The notes under the pieces were generated by a model. That model had not been told where the DNA came from. It searched no databases and saw only the letters and a list, made by a program, of their open reading frames with translations. A stretch of DNA of 64,000 bases from SAR202 cluster bacterium bin22 (GTDB lineage: Bacteria > Chloroflexota > Dehalococcoidia > Lucifugimonadales > UBA3495): positions 973,811-1,037,810 of the forward strand of contig MPMM01000001.1 of assembly GCA_002238505.1 (NCBI GenBank), written 5' to 3'. Within the stretch, counting starts at the first letter, position 1; each line of letters opens with the position of its first letter. The position numbers and the translations under genes are program-made. Positions 55,305 through 64,000 of this stretch are shown here, one piece after another.

Positions 55305-56324
55305 TTGACCGGTGACACCTACCAGGCTTCCGGTGTGCAACTGGATGCCATGGAAGACCTCAAGGACCGAATCAAGGCCTTCGCATCCATGACTTATGGG
55401 CCGGAAGTCCTGGCATCCAGCGGAGGATTTGCCGGCCTCTTTGAGCTGTCCGGTTACAAGTCTCCGGTACTGGTAGCCAGCGCCGACGGTGTAGGAACCA
55501 AGCTGAAAATAGCAGCCCAACTGGGACACTACGAATCCATCGGCCAGGATCTGGTGACCCTCAACGTTAATGACATCCTTACCAAGGGCGCCAAACCTCT
55601 CTTCTTCCTGGACTATGTATCCTTCAGCGAACTGGACCAGCACAGGATGGAAACGCTCCTGCGGGGCATCACTTGGGGCTGCCGGGAAGTTGGCTGTGCC
55701 TTGCTGGGTGGAGAAACCGCCCAGATGCCCGGTCTTTACACGGGAGACGACTTTGACCTGGCCGGGTTCCTGGTAGGTGTAGCAGAAAAGGATGGCCTGT
55801 TGGACAGCCAGGCAATTGTGCCGGGCGACATTCTGTTGGGCATCCCTTCGAGCGGTCTCCACACTAACGGCTTTTCCCTGGTTCGGCACGTTTTCGATTC
55901 CGATGCCCAGCCTTCCGTGTTGTTCAAGCAGTTCGACGACCTAAATCACCGGTTGGGCGAGGAACTATTGGCCCGCCACCGTTGCTATTTTCCGGAATTG
56001 CAGCCGGCCATGCCATTCATGAAAGGACTGGCCCACATTACCGGCGGGGGACTGCCCGGCAAGGTTGCCGGGATCCTTCCCGCGAATGTTGCGGCGGTCT
56101 TTCAGAAGGGTTCGTGGGAGATATTGCCAATCTTTTCGCTGATTCAAAAGGAAGGCAAGATTTCTGACGAAGAAATGTACCGGGTTTTTAACATGGGGCT
56201 TGGCATGGTAGCCGTATGCCAGCAGGACCTATTCGACAAAATCAGCGACGCCGCGCCTGACGCAGTTGTAGTTGGTGAAATCGTAGAACGAACCGGCGAC
56301 CAGCAGGTATTTCTGTCCGGTTAA
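55305..56324 (+). CDS. purM: Phosphoribosylformylglycinamidine cyclo-ligase
   Basis: 339 aa. TTG start with GGAGAA SD. ASADGVGTKLKIA, DYVSF and LGIPSSGLHTNGFSL motifs. Confidence 0.95.
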   Translation: MTGDTYQASGVQLDAMEDLKDRIKAFASMTYGPEVLASSGGFAGLFELSGYKSPVLVASADGVGTKLKIAAQLGHYESIGQDLVTLNVNDILTKGAKPLFFLDYVSFSELDQHRMETLLRGITWGCREVGCALLGGETAQMPGLYTGDDFDLAGFLVGVAEKDGLLDSQAIVPGDILLGIPSSGLHTNGFSLVRHVFDSDAQPSVLFKQFDDLNHRLGEELLARHRCYFPELQPAMPFMKGLAHITGGGLPGKVAGILPANVAAVFQKGSWEILPIFSLIQKEGKISDEEMYRVFNMGLGMVAVCQQDLFDKISDAAPDAVVVGEIVERTGDQQVFLSG

Positions 56325-56349
56325 TTGAATGCCTGGACATTCAACTTTT
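56325..56349 (+). terminator. Weak hairpin terminator after purM
   Basis: ttgaatg (56325-56331) pairs with cattcaa (56338-56344), then cttttag. The stem is AT-rich and only 7 bp. Confidence 0.4.
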
Positions 56350-56398
56350 AGAGTTAGCAGGTCCCGCAAATTACAGGTGTTTAGCGAGGATATATCCA

Positions 56399-57937
56399 TT
56401 GAGAGCATTACTTAGCGTATTCGACAAGACCGGCATTGTGGAGTTTGGACAGCAATTAGTGGACGCCGGGTTTGAACTGGTCAGTACTGGAGGCACTCAC
56501 CGCACCCTGGCCGAAGAAGGAGGATTGCCGGTCCGCCAGGTTTCCGATGTCACCGGGTCTCCCGAGATCCTGGATGGCCGCGTCAAAACCCTGCACCCCG
56601 TGGTCCACGGCGGAATCCTTGCCCGCCGGGACCTTCCGGCCCACATGCAGGAACTGGAAAGCAACGGCATCAGCGCCATAGACCTGATTGTGGGAAATCT
56701 GTACCCCTTCGCGGCAACCATAAGCGAGCCCGACGTTACCCTGGACGACGCGCTGGAGAACATTGACATAGGCGGGCCTACAATGCTGCGGGCCGCCGCC
56801 AAAAACTTCCCCTCGGTGGCAGTGGTCGTGGACCCAGAGGACTACGGATGGGTGGCAGAACGCCTAGCCGGCGAAGGGTTGTCCGAACAGGAACGCCGCA
56901 GCCTGGCGGCCAAAGCCTTCCAGCATGTGGCCGAATATGACGCCACCGTCGCCGGATACTTGACCGAGCAACAGGAAGACTCATCGCTTCCGGAAAAGCT
57001 CAACCTGACGTTCGACCAGATTACCACCCTCCGGTACGGAGAGAACCCCCACCAGCAGGGAGGTCTCTATGTACCGTCAGGCGCCTCCGGAGGAGGCATT
57101 GCTTCGGCCCGCCAGTTACATGGAAGGGAGCTATCCTACAACAATCTGATGGATGCGGACGCAGCTTGGCGTACTGCAAGCGACTTTGCACAACCCACTG
57201 TGGCAGTAATCAAGCACGCAAACCCTTGCGGGCTTTCCAGCCACGACGTTCTGTCCCAGGCCTATCTCCAGGCCTACGAAGGGGACACGGTTTCCGCCTT
57301 TGGCGGCATTGTAGGCTTTAATCGTACCGTCACGGCAGCTGCCGCAGAGGCGATGAATCCGGTTTTCTACGAGGTAGTAGTGGCTCCCCGATACGAATCC
57401 GAAGCCCTCGAGATTCTCCAGAAAAAACGCAATCTTCGTGTGCTGGAAGTGGATGCCGGCGGCTCGGAACTTGGCGGCATTGACCTGGATATTCGTCCCA
57501 TTACCGGCGGCGTTCTTATCCAGACCCCTGACACAATCTCAGAATCCGCAACTGAGTGGAGTACGGCTACGGAGCGAGCGCCCACCGAGGCGGAAATGGA
57601 CGACCTGGCTTTCGCCTGGGTGGCCTGCAAACACATCAAATCCAATGCAATAGTCTTCGCCAGGAACCGGACCCTGGTCGGTATGGGAGCAGGTCAGCCC
57701 AACCGGGTAGTAAGCGTTCACCTGTCCCAACGGATTGCAGGTGAGAAGGCCAAAGGCTGTGTGCTGGCATCGGATGCCTTCTTCCCCTTCCCAGACAACA
57801 TCGAACTGGCTGCTGAGGCCGGCGTAACCGCCATAATCCAGCCCGGTGGTTCTATTCGGGACGAAGAGGTCATTGCGGCCGCCAATAACCATGGCCTGGC
57901 AATGGTCTTCACCGGCGTTCGCCACTTCCGACACTGA
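56399..57937 (+). CDS. purH: Bifunctional AICAR transformylase / IMP cyclohydrolase
   Basis: 512 aa. ALLSVFDKTG, GGRVKTLHP-like (DGRVKTLHP), DIGGPTMLRAAAKN, and the C-terminal FTGVRHFRH. Confidence 0.95.
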   Translation: MRALLSVFDKTGIVEFGQQLVDAGFELVSTGGTHRTLAEEGGLPVRQVSDVTGSPEILDGRVKTLHPVVHGGILARRDLPAHMQELESNGISAIDLIVGNLYPFAATISEPDVTLDDALENIDIGGPTMLRAAAKNFPSVAVVVDPEDYGWVAERLAGEGLSEQERRSLAAKAFQHVAEYDATVAGYLTEQQEDSSLPEKLNLTFDQITTLRYGENPHQQGGLYVPSGASGGGIASARQLHGRELSYNNLMDADAAWRTASDFAQPTVAVIKHANPCGLSSHDVLSQAYLQAYEGDTVSAFGGIVGFNRTVTAAAAEAMNPVFYEVVVAPRYESEALEILQKKRNLRVLEVDAGGSELGGIDLDIRPITGGVLIQTPDTISESATEWSTATERAPTEAEMDDLAFAWVACKHIKSNAIVFARNRTLVGMGAGQPNRVVSVHLSQRIAGEKAKGCVLASDAFFPFPDNIELAAEAGVTAIIQPGGSIRDEEVIAAANNHGLAMVFTGVRHFRH

Positions 57938-58022
57938 TGCCTGCGGTCTCCATGTTCCCCGGAAAGCTGGTGCTCGTGCCCAGCGACAGTCGCTGGGGCT
58001 TCCCCTTCGGGAGGCAGTGCTG

Positions 58023-58748
58023 ATGTCTGCCTCGGTGGATGTGGTCGTGCCTGTTTATAACGAGGAAGAAGCACTGCCGGAGAGCATAGACCGCCTTACT
58101 GCCTTCCTGGCCGACAACCTCGTAAACCGCTGGCATGTCATTATTGCCGACAATGCTTCCATTGACGGAACGAGGGAAGTGTCGGAGGCGCTGTCCCGCA
58201 AATATGAGAGAGTCAGCTACTTTTCTTTGCCTCAGAAGGGTCGAGGCCGGGCCCTTAAGGCAGCCTGGCTCAACAGCAATGCCGACATTGTTAGCTATAT
58301 GGACGTTGACCTTTCCACCGACTTGTCCCACTTCCCCCAACTGATAGCCGCGCTGGAATCCGGATACGATGTGGCAACCGGCAGTCGTCTCAGCCAGGAT
58401 TCGCAGGTTACGCGTTCCTTCAAGCGGGAGTTCATATCCCGGAGCTATAACCTTCTGATCAAGTCCATGTTCTTCACTAGCTTTCCGGATGCCCAGTGTG
58501 GGTTCAAGGCCCTTACCCGGCAGACCGCCAGAACCATTATCCCCTACATCGAGAACAACAACTGGTTCTTCGACACGGAGTTGTTGATTATTGCCGCCAA
58601 ACGAGGCTACCGCATTATGTCCATTCCGGTGAAGTGGGACGATGACCCCAGCAGCACCGTCAACATTACTAATACCGCCCTGGAAGACATCAAGGGACTG
58701 CTACGCCTGCGGTTTGGAGGCATCCCCAAGATCCCCGGGCCACAATAG
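58023..58748 (+). CDS. Family 2 glycosyltransferase (polyprenyl-phosphate sugar transferase-like)
   Basis: ATG at 58023 gives MSASVDVVVPVYNEEEAL...ADNASIDGT...YMDVDLS (DxD). The track start at 57846 overlaps purH. Confidence 0.85.
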   Translation: MSASVDVVVPVYNEEEALPESIDRLTAFLADNLVNRWHVIIADNASIDGTREVSEALSRKYERVSYFSLPQKGRGRALKAAWLNSNADIVSYMDVDLSTDLSHFPQLIAALESGYDVATGSRLSQDSQVTRSFKREFISRSYNLLIKSMFFTSFPDAQCGFKALTRQTARTIIPYIENNNWFFDTELLIIAAKRGYRIMSIPVKWDDDPSSTVNITNTALEDIKGLLRLRFGGIPKIPGPQ

Positions 58749-58831
58749 GGGCCCTGCCCCTCAAGTGGTTAATTCCCCGACCTGGCCCTTCCAGTTATCA
58801 AGTCGTTCGGCGGTTCACAAGGAGTTCAAAC

Positions 58832-59626
58832 ATGGAACTAGGCCTTAAGGGCAAGAATGTAATCATTACCGGCGGTGGCTCCAACATCGGCCGGGCCATC
58901 GTCCACGCCTTTGCCGCCGAGGGCGCCAATATCACCATTGCTGAACTGGCCCCGGCTCAGGGCGAACTGGTAGCGGCTGAAGTCGCCAGGATGAATACCG
59001 GCAGCCTGGCCAGGGTAATTCAAACGGACGTAACCGACCGGGCCCAGGTTGAGGCAATGGTGGAACAGTCCGTGGCCGAATTCGGCAGCGTGGACGTACT
59101 GGTGAACAACGTGGGCTGGACTGTCGACCGCCTGTTCATGGAGAAGCCAAGGGAAGAACACGAAAAAGAGGTTGCGGTTAACCTCTGGAGTCCCATCAAC
59201 TGTATTCATGCAGTGCTGCCCCACATGATTGAACGGCAGGCGGGGTCTATCGTCAGCATCAGTTCCGACGCGGGAAGAATGGGCGAGTACCGGGAGGCAG
59301 TGTATTCAGCGTGCAAGGGTGGTGTCATTGCCCTGAGCAAAGCAATTGCCAGGGAAACCGGGCGGTATGGACTGCGCCTGAATGTGGTGTGTCCCGGCCT
59401 GATAGTTCCCCCAGAGGACGAGGAAATCAGCCCGGAGAGCATGTGGAACCAGATGCGAGACATATTCACCGATGACGTATTGGAACGAGTGGAGCGGGCG
59501 TACATTCTGAGGCGGATGGGAAAGGCCAGTGAAATTGCCAACGCGGTGGTATTCCTGGCATCTGATGCAGCCAGCTTCGTGACTGGCCAGACCCTGAGCG
59601 TCAGCGGCGGATACACGATGATGTAG
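58832..59626 (+). CDS. SDR family oxidoreductase (FabG-like)
   Basis: 264 aa. TGGGSNIGRAI, NNVG, and YSACKGG catalytic motif. Confidence 0.9.
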   Translation: MELGLKGKNVIITGGGSNIGRAIVHAFAAEGANITIAELAPAQGELVAAEVARMNTGSLARVIQTDVTDRAQVEAMVEQSVAEFGSVDVLVNNVGWTVDRLFMEKPREEHEKEVAVNLWSPINCIHAVLPHMIERQAGSIVSISSDAGRMGEYREAVYSACKGGVIALSKAIARETGRYGLRLNVVCPGLIVPPEDEEISPESMWNQMRDIFTDDVLERVERAYILRRMGKASEIANAVVFLASDAASFVTGQTLSVSGGYTMM

Positions 59627-59684
59627 GGACCGGAGGCAGAATATCCCGGTTCTCGTTTCTGAGTCCGATAATCCAACAATGCAA

Positions 59685-59712
59685 AACGGCCCGGCGATTA
59701 CGCCGGGCCGTT
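59685..59712. terminator. 12-bp GC-rich hairpin between convergent genes
   Basis: aacggcccggcg (59685-59696), atta loop, cgccgggccgtt (59701-59712). Flanked by aaaa and ttg. Confidence 0.7.
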
Positions 59713-59743
59713 GCCGATTGGCCTGTAATCTGAAGACGGAGTC

Positions 59744-60622
59744 TTACAGAGCGGCTACTCGCTCCCGCAGGGTCTCAATTTCCTTCAGCAGGGCAGCCTT
59801 GGGGTCGTTGTCCCGGTTCTGGTTTTCCATCACCAGTTCCAGGGCTCGCTTCTCGATGGCGGGCATAGTGGCCTGCAGCAAAACCTCGTCCACATCGTTG
59901 GCGATGGTGGGGTAGCCGGCGCGGTCTATCATCTTCTTCATGTTGCCGGCATAGAACTGGTCCAGGGTCCAGCGCAGGGTCTCACCGGAGGTGGTGGTGT
60001 CCCAATAAATCCGGATGTCCTGGTTGCGGGGGCCATAGTGGTAGTGGGGGCCGTTGATGAAGCAGTCAAAAGCCAGCAACTCCACGTTCTGACCGGCCAC
60101 GTCGGAGAGGACGTGAATGGCCAGGCCCTCAGTGTTGGCCTGGGGGAGAATCCGGTACTCCAGACCGATGCGCAGGTTGCCAACGGTGAATACATCGTCG
60201 TCCAGCATACGCTCGAACATATGAGTCACGGTCCGGCGCATATTCACGGACATCTCGCGACCTTTGTTTTCCACGGCGTCCAGAGTCTCCGAGGAAACAG
60301 GGTTAGCTTCTACCGCGTCAGCCAGATCGTCATAGCCCGAGCGGCGAATCATCTCTGGCAACTTGGTCCGAAGATGGTTCACGGTCCAACCGAAAGGATT
60401 GCCGACCGTAGTCTTGTCCATGTTCAACCGGATGTTGTTATTGGCGGGACCATAGTGGTAGTGGGGCATCTGGTCAAAGCAGTCAAAGCGAAGGATTTCT
60501 ACGTCCTCGCCGCCAACTTCGCCAAAAACCTGTACGCACAGGCCCTGATCAGGCATGAGTTCCCGGTACTCCAGGGTAATGTCCACTGCACCGGCGTTGA
60601 AGATCACACTTCCTTTGTCCAC
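59744..60622 (-). CDS. Hypothetical protein built from two tandem copies of an uncharacterised FDCF-x4-PHYHYGP domain
   Basis: GTG at 60622 is 7 nt after AGGAGG (the track start 60679 lacks SD). The halves align: ITLEYRELM..VEILRFDCFDQMPHYHYGPANNNIRL..GWTVNHL..SGY versus IGLEYRILP..VELLAFDCFINGPHYHYGPRNQDIRI..RWTLDQF..AGY. Confidence 0.7.
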   Translation of the reverse strand: MDKGSVIFNAGAVDITLEYRELMPDQGLCVQVFGEVGGEDVEILRFDCFDQMPHYHYGPANNNIRLNMDKTTVGNPFGWTVNHLRTKLPEMIRRSGYDDLADAVEANPVSSETLDAVENKGREMSVNMRRTVTHMFERMLDDDVFTVGNLRIGLEYRILPQANTEGLAIHVLSDVAGQNVELLAFDCFINGPHYHYGPRNQDIRIYWDTTTSGETLRWTLDQFYAGNMKKMIDRAGYPTIANDVDEVLLQATMPAIEKRALELVMENQNRDNDPKAALLKEIETLRERVAAL

Positions 60623-60889
60623 GTTAATCCTCCTGATTAATATGAGGTGTCCTGATGTCTGAGTACGCCTGAGATCCATCGACCCCTGTTTCGGGGTCGA
60701 ACCCTGCGGGCCGTAACACCAACCTCACATCATCCGCCGACGGCTCCGAAATGGACCTGCCACACTGATGATACGGCAAATCCAGGCAACAGCCTGCCAT
60801 TACGGCCGACTGTCTAGGTATCCCGATTATAGCACGGCGTAAACATTTGGCAAATTAACTTCGGTGCAATTAGTAGGGAAAACGCGTTA

Positions 60890-62023
60890 ATGACTCGGCA
60901 CACTAGGCATTGCAATATCCGGAAGGCAGGATTAAATTCCGATACCGTGCCAGTTAAGTGTCCACAAACAGCAGTAATGGTATTCTCCCTGGTGTTAACA
61001 GCAGCGGCGGTCTTTTCCCTATCGACAGGCTGCGGTCCAGAAGGGCCCGACGATACCCAGCAGACTCGACCAGGTACAGTATCACCTACCCTGACGGCAT
61101 CCGTTACGGTGCAGGATGGCGGGCCCAGTCTGCTGGTCAATCCAATGCCAATTCCCACGCCATTCTCTTTACCTTTGCCCACAATGACCGCAAGCCGGCA
61201 GGAGCCTCTCGTCATTTTGCCGACTTCGCGAGGGCAGTCAGGGCCCGTTTCCACTTCCGCCCATAAACCGGATGTGCCGGCCATCCCATTGCCGGGAGAT
61301 TCTCCCACTATCATTCCGTTCGTAACAGCGGCTGGGAGCCTGGTGGCGCCCAAAGCCCCCAGTCTTGTACATCAAATAGAGCCAGAGGCCACGTCAACCG
61401 GAGATGGGATAGTTATTCAGTACCCTGAACCCCGGAATTTCGTCGCATCAGCCCTTGTGCTGGCAGCTCCGGTATTCGACCCGACTCCATCACCGGTCGC
61501 GCCAGGGAACAACACCCAGATGCCGGGTCCCAGCCCTTTGCCGCCCTCTACGGTCGAGGTAGTCCCCGCGCGGGCAGTAACCCCCATACCCACGCCCTTG
61601 GCAACGGCGACAGCGGCGCCAACGGCGACTCCCACTCCAGCGCCTCCGGCTACCCCTCAGCCACCGGGTACCGCTCAAGGTGATGTAATTATCGAGTGCA
61701 TCTTTTTCGATGGAGAAGTACCCAGATCCGAGGCGGACGAGTATGTACAGTTGACTAACCAGGGAAGCGTCGCGGCAGACTTGAGGGGATGGACGTTGGT
61801 CGATCTGGATGACAGAGGACAGATGTTTACATTTGGTGAATCCTACAGCATTGCGCCCGGGGGAAGCGTCAGGATTTACACCAACCAGGTTCACCCCGAG
61901 TGGGGCGGCTTCTCCTTTGACTATGGCCGGTCCATATGGAACAACTCAAACCCGGACACAGCCGGTCTATTTGACCCATCAGGGAACCAAGTGTCGAGAA
62001 AGAGCTATCCGCCGGGGTGCTAA
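60890..62023 (+). CDS. Probable lipoprotein with Pro/Thr-rich linker and C-terminal lamin-tail domain (LTD)
   Basis: Hydrophobic signal MVFSLVLTAAAVFSLSTGC (alternative ATG at 60977). Long P/T/A-rich spacer. C-terminus FFDGEVPRSEADEYVQLTNQGSVAADLRGWTLVD...IAPGGSVRIYT matches the LTD pattern. Confidence 0.7.
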   Translation: MTRHTRHCNIRKAGLNSDTVPVKCPQTAVMVFSLVLTAAAVFSLSTGCGPEGPDDTQQTRPGTVSPTLTASVTVQDGGPSLLVNPMPIPTPFSLPLPTMTASRQEPLVILPTSRGQSGPVSTSAHKPDVPAIPLPGDSPTIIPFVTAAGSLVAPKAPSLVHQIEPEATSTGDGIVIQYPEPRNFVASALVLAAPVFDPTPSPVAPGNNTQMPGPSPLPPSTVEVVPARAVTPIPTPLATATAAPTATPTPAPPATPQPPGTAQGDVIIECIFFDGEVPRSEADEYVQLTNQGSVAADLRGWTLVDLDDRGQMFTFGESYSIAPGGSVRIYTNQVHPEWGGFSFDYGRSIWNNSNPDTAGLFDPSGNQVSRKSYPPGC

Positions 62024-62188
62024 TCAGGCATCAAGGGAGGGGGAAACGCAAACTGGAGATATAAGCCGCGGAGCTACCTGGGCAAATCCTTAGGACAAAA
62101 CGAAGATCGGAGAAAATAAGATCCGGGCGCCAGCGTCTACCGTTCTGGCCGACCGGCCATACTGCCCCTGGACTTCTTCAGAGTTACT

Positions 62189-62860
62189 CTACAGCTCGTA
62201 CTCTTTCAGGTCAGACGCAGCTATCAGATTTGCCGCCGTAAGTTCCTGCACTTCCTCAACCGTCCAGCCCGGAGCAACCTCTTTCAGGACCAGTCCCTCA
62301 GGTGTAGGCTGCATCACCGCCAAGTCAGTCACTATCAGGGACACGCAACCCTTTCCCGTGATTGGGTAGGTACAGTCCTGGACTATCTTGGCATTGTTTT
62401 GGCGGTCGGTATGTTCCATGGCCACAATGACCTGCTTGGCGCCGGCCGCCAAATCCATGGCGCCACCGATATTGCCCACTCCTCGCTCGGGCAACATCCA
62501 GTTTGCCAGGTCTCCCGTGGCAGAAACCTGGTGGGCGCCCAGGACGGTAACGTCCACATGACCACCCCTGATCATGGCGAATCCATCCACGGTGCTGAAG
62601 AAGGCCATCCCGGGCACCATCTGCAGAAACTGTCCGCCGGCATTGATCAGGTCAATGTCCTGTTCGTCCTCCTCTGCCAGTGGCCCGCAATTAAGAACTC
62701 CACTCTCGCTGTGATAGAAGACGACGCTGCCATCGGGTATGAAGTTTGATACCAGGGTGGGAATGCCAATGCCCAGGTTTACGAAGCCGCCGTCGGGCAG
62801 TTCCTTGGCCACCCGCATGGCTACTACTTCCCGCGGCAAACGTTCTTTTTCATCAACCAT
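62189..62860 (-). CDS. Family I CoA-transferase, subunit B
   Basis: 223 aa. NLGIGIPTLV and the HSESGVL (SENG-type catalytic Glu) motif. Confidence 0.9.
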   Translation of the reverse strand: MVDEKERLPREVVAMRVAKELPDGGFVNLGIGIPTLVSNFIPDGSVVFYHSESGVLNCGPLAEEDEQDIDLINAGGQFLQMVPGMAFFSTVDGFAMIRGGHVDVTVLGAHQVSATGDLANWMLPERGVGNIGGAMDLAAGAKQVIVAMEHTDRQNNAKIVQDCTYPITGKGCVSLIVTDLAVMQPTPEGLVLKEVAPGWTVEEVQELTAANLIAASDLKEYEL

Positions 62861-62894
62861 GGTGTTGCCTCGCCAATTGGGCGCCCACCGGCGC

Positions 62895-64000
62895 CTATTC
62901 GTACGGTGAGAATCCTTCGGGACGTACTACCAGCCGGTCAACGTACATGCCGGGCGTTACAATCAACTCCGGGTCCAGTTCACCAGGCTCTACTACCTCG
63001 TCCACTTCGACGATGGTAATACGGGCGGAGGGAGCCATTACCGCGTTAAAGTTCCTGGAAGTCCCCTTGTAAACCACATTGCCCATAGTATCAGCCTTGT
63101 GGCCTCGAATAAGGCAGAAATCAGCTGTCAGCGCCTGTTCCAGGATGTATTCCTTCCCATCTATTACTCGCGACTCCTTGCCCTCCGCGATCAGCGTGCC
63201 GGCGCCGGTGGGGGTGTAGAAGGCGTAGATACCTGCTCCGCCGGCCCGCAACCGCTCGGCCAGGGTGCCCTGGGGGACAAGTTCCAGCTCAACGTCCCCG
63301 CGTCGATAGGCCAGTTCAAAAGAACTGGGGTTGGACATTGACGGCGACACGGGATAGGTGGCAATGGCCTTTGCCACCTGGCCATTGTCAACAAGTATGG
63401 AATGGTCTATGGCCAGTTTGCCCGGGGGCGTGCCGAAATTCACGGAGCGCGCAATTCCAATGGTGTTGCTAATTATGGTAAGTCCCCTGGTGCCCTGGTC
63501 CCTGAGGGAAACCAACAGATAATGGGCCATGCCGCCAGGACCACCAAAGCCGTCAATCATTACCGTAGCCCCATCATGCAGGTCTGCGATAGCTGACGGG
63601 CCATCGGAAAAGACCTTTCCGGCTCGCTCAGCGTTCAACGCTTCCAGATTGGGCGCTATCTCTTTCAGATTACTGGCCTGGGCAAGCGGTGCGCCGGTCA
63701 CAGCCGCTACCTCGTCGTAACTCCAGCCCGGGGCAACTTCCGAGAGAACCAGGGCCCCGCTTTCCACTCGGATTACGGCGATGTCGGTAATGATGACGTT
63801 GACGCAACCGCGTCCATCAGCTACCGGGCTGGAATCGGCGACAATGTTGGGGCTGCCATCGCTGCCGGTGTGGGGAAGCATGGCAATTACTTTGCGCCCC
63901 CCGGCGGACAGGTCCACGGTTCTGCCCGGGGCGAAAAGGCCCGGCGTCGCCGCAGTTGTCCACCCCAGGAGGTCCCCAGAAGCGTACACCCGCGCTGGCT
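62895..64000 (-). CDS. Family I CoA-transferase: subunit-B-like C-terminal segment fused in frame to a complete subunit A (5' end beyond window)
   Basis: The reading frame is open to the window edge. The first ~110 aa in the window parallel the C-terminus of the downstream B subunit (VIITDIAVIRVESGALVLSEVAPGW.. versus LIVTDLAVMQPTPEGLVLKEVAPGW..). It then runs without a stop into KVFSDGPSAIADLHDGATVMIDGFGGPG, which is a subunit A N-terminus. Confidence 0.8.
   Translation of the reverse strand, partial: PARVYASGDLLGWTTAATPGLFAPGRTVDLSAGGRKVIAMLPHTGSDGSPNIVADSSPVADGRGCVNVIITDIAVIRVESGALVLSEVAPGWSYDEVAAVTGAPLAQASNLKEIAPNLEALNAERAGKVFSDGPSAIADLHDGATVMIDGFGGPGGMAHYLLVSLRDQGTRGLTIISNTIGIARSVNFGTPPGKLAIDHSILVDNGQVAKAIATYPVSPSMSNPSSFELAYRRGDVELELVPQGTLAERLRAGGAGIYAFYTPTGAGTLIAEGKESRVIDGKEYILEQALTADFCLIRGHKADTMGNVVYKGTSRNFNAVMAPSARITIVEVDEVVEPGELDPELIVTPGMYVDRLVVRPEGFSPYE

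Noticed and set aside
1-64000. CRISPR arrays, transposases/integrases, prophage or defence-island signatures
   Set aside because: No direct-repeat/spacer arrays were seen. There were also no recombinase, nuclease-helicase or toxin-antitoxin-like gene pairs. Gene content is metabolic and housekeeping throughout, and the stand-alone EVE-domain gene has no defence partners.

Overview
This is a GC-rich, densely coding chromosomal segment with about 60 protein genes, two tRNAs and no rRNA. I saw no transposase, integrase, CRISPR array or recognisable defence cassette.

Content is core housekeeping mixed with many catabolic enzyme paralogues.
- **Purine genes, two blocks:** guaA-purD-[2 unknowns]-purE-[HAD]-purB-purC-[DUF3105]-purS, and purF-purM-purH.
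- **Other housekeeping:** minC-minD-minE; rpmH-rnpA-yidD-[PQQ propeller]-yidC-jag; smpB; an S41 protease; RNase D; a P-II protein; and the start of a membrane pyrophosphatase running off the left edge.
- **Catabolic paralogues:** family III and family I CoA-transferases, an acyl-CoA ligase, an HMG-CoA-lyase-like enzyme, a ThDP enzyme, two DUF35/thiolase modules, a luciferase-like oxidoreductase and SDRs. This gene mix resembles marine Chloroflexota-type heterotrophs, which is a low-confidence inference.

Most interesting items, all read by eye from the sequence:
1. An ORF missing from the ORF track (34789-35004, minus strand) encodes a 71-codon glutaredoxin-fold protein. It has an in-frame TGA exactly at the redox-motif position, a hairpin 19 nt downstream that could be a SECIS element, its own Shine-Dalgarno (SD) site and promoter, and a thioredoxin-family gene next to it. 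It is a candidate selenoprotein.
2. A ~134-nt palindromic structured repeat occurs twice (41.4 kb and 49.4 kb) at ~91% identity. It generates spurious ORFs.
3. An HMG-CoA-synthase-like/DUF35 fusion appears to lack the catalytic Cys and Glu. It sits next to an intact thiolase.
4. yidC and jag overlap by 107 nt and both frames appear to code.
5. An uncharacterised His-motif domain is present as a tandem duplication in one protein and as a single copy in another.
6. Two unknown genes are embedded in the pur operon, one translationally coupled to purD.

All family calls are from motif recognition by eye. No database search was run.
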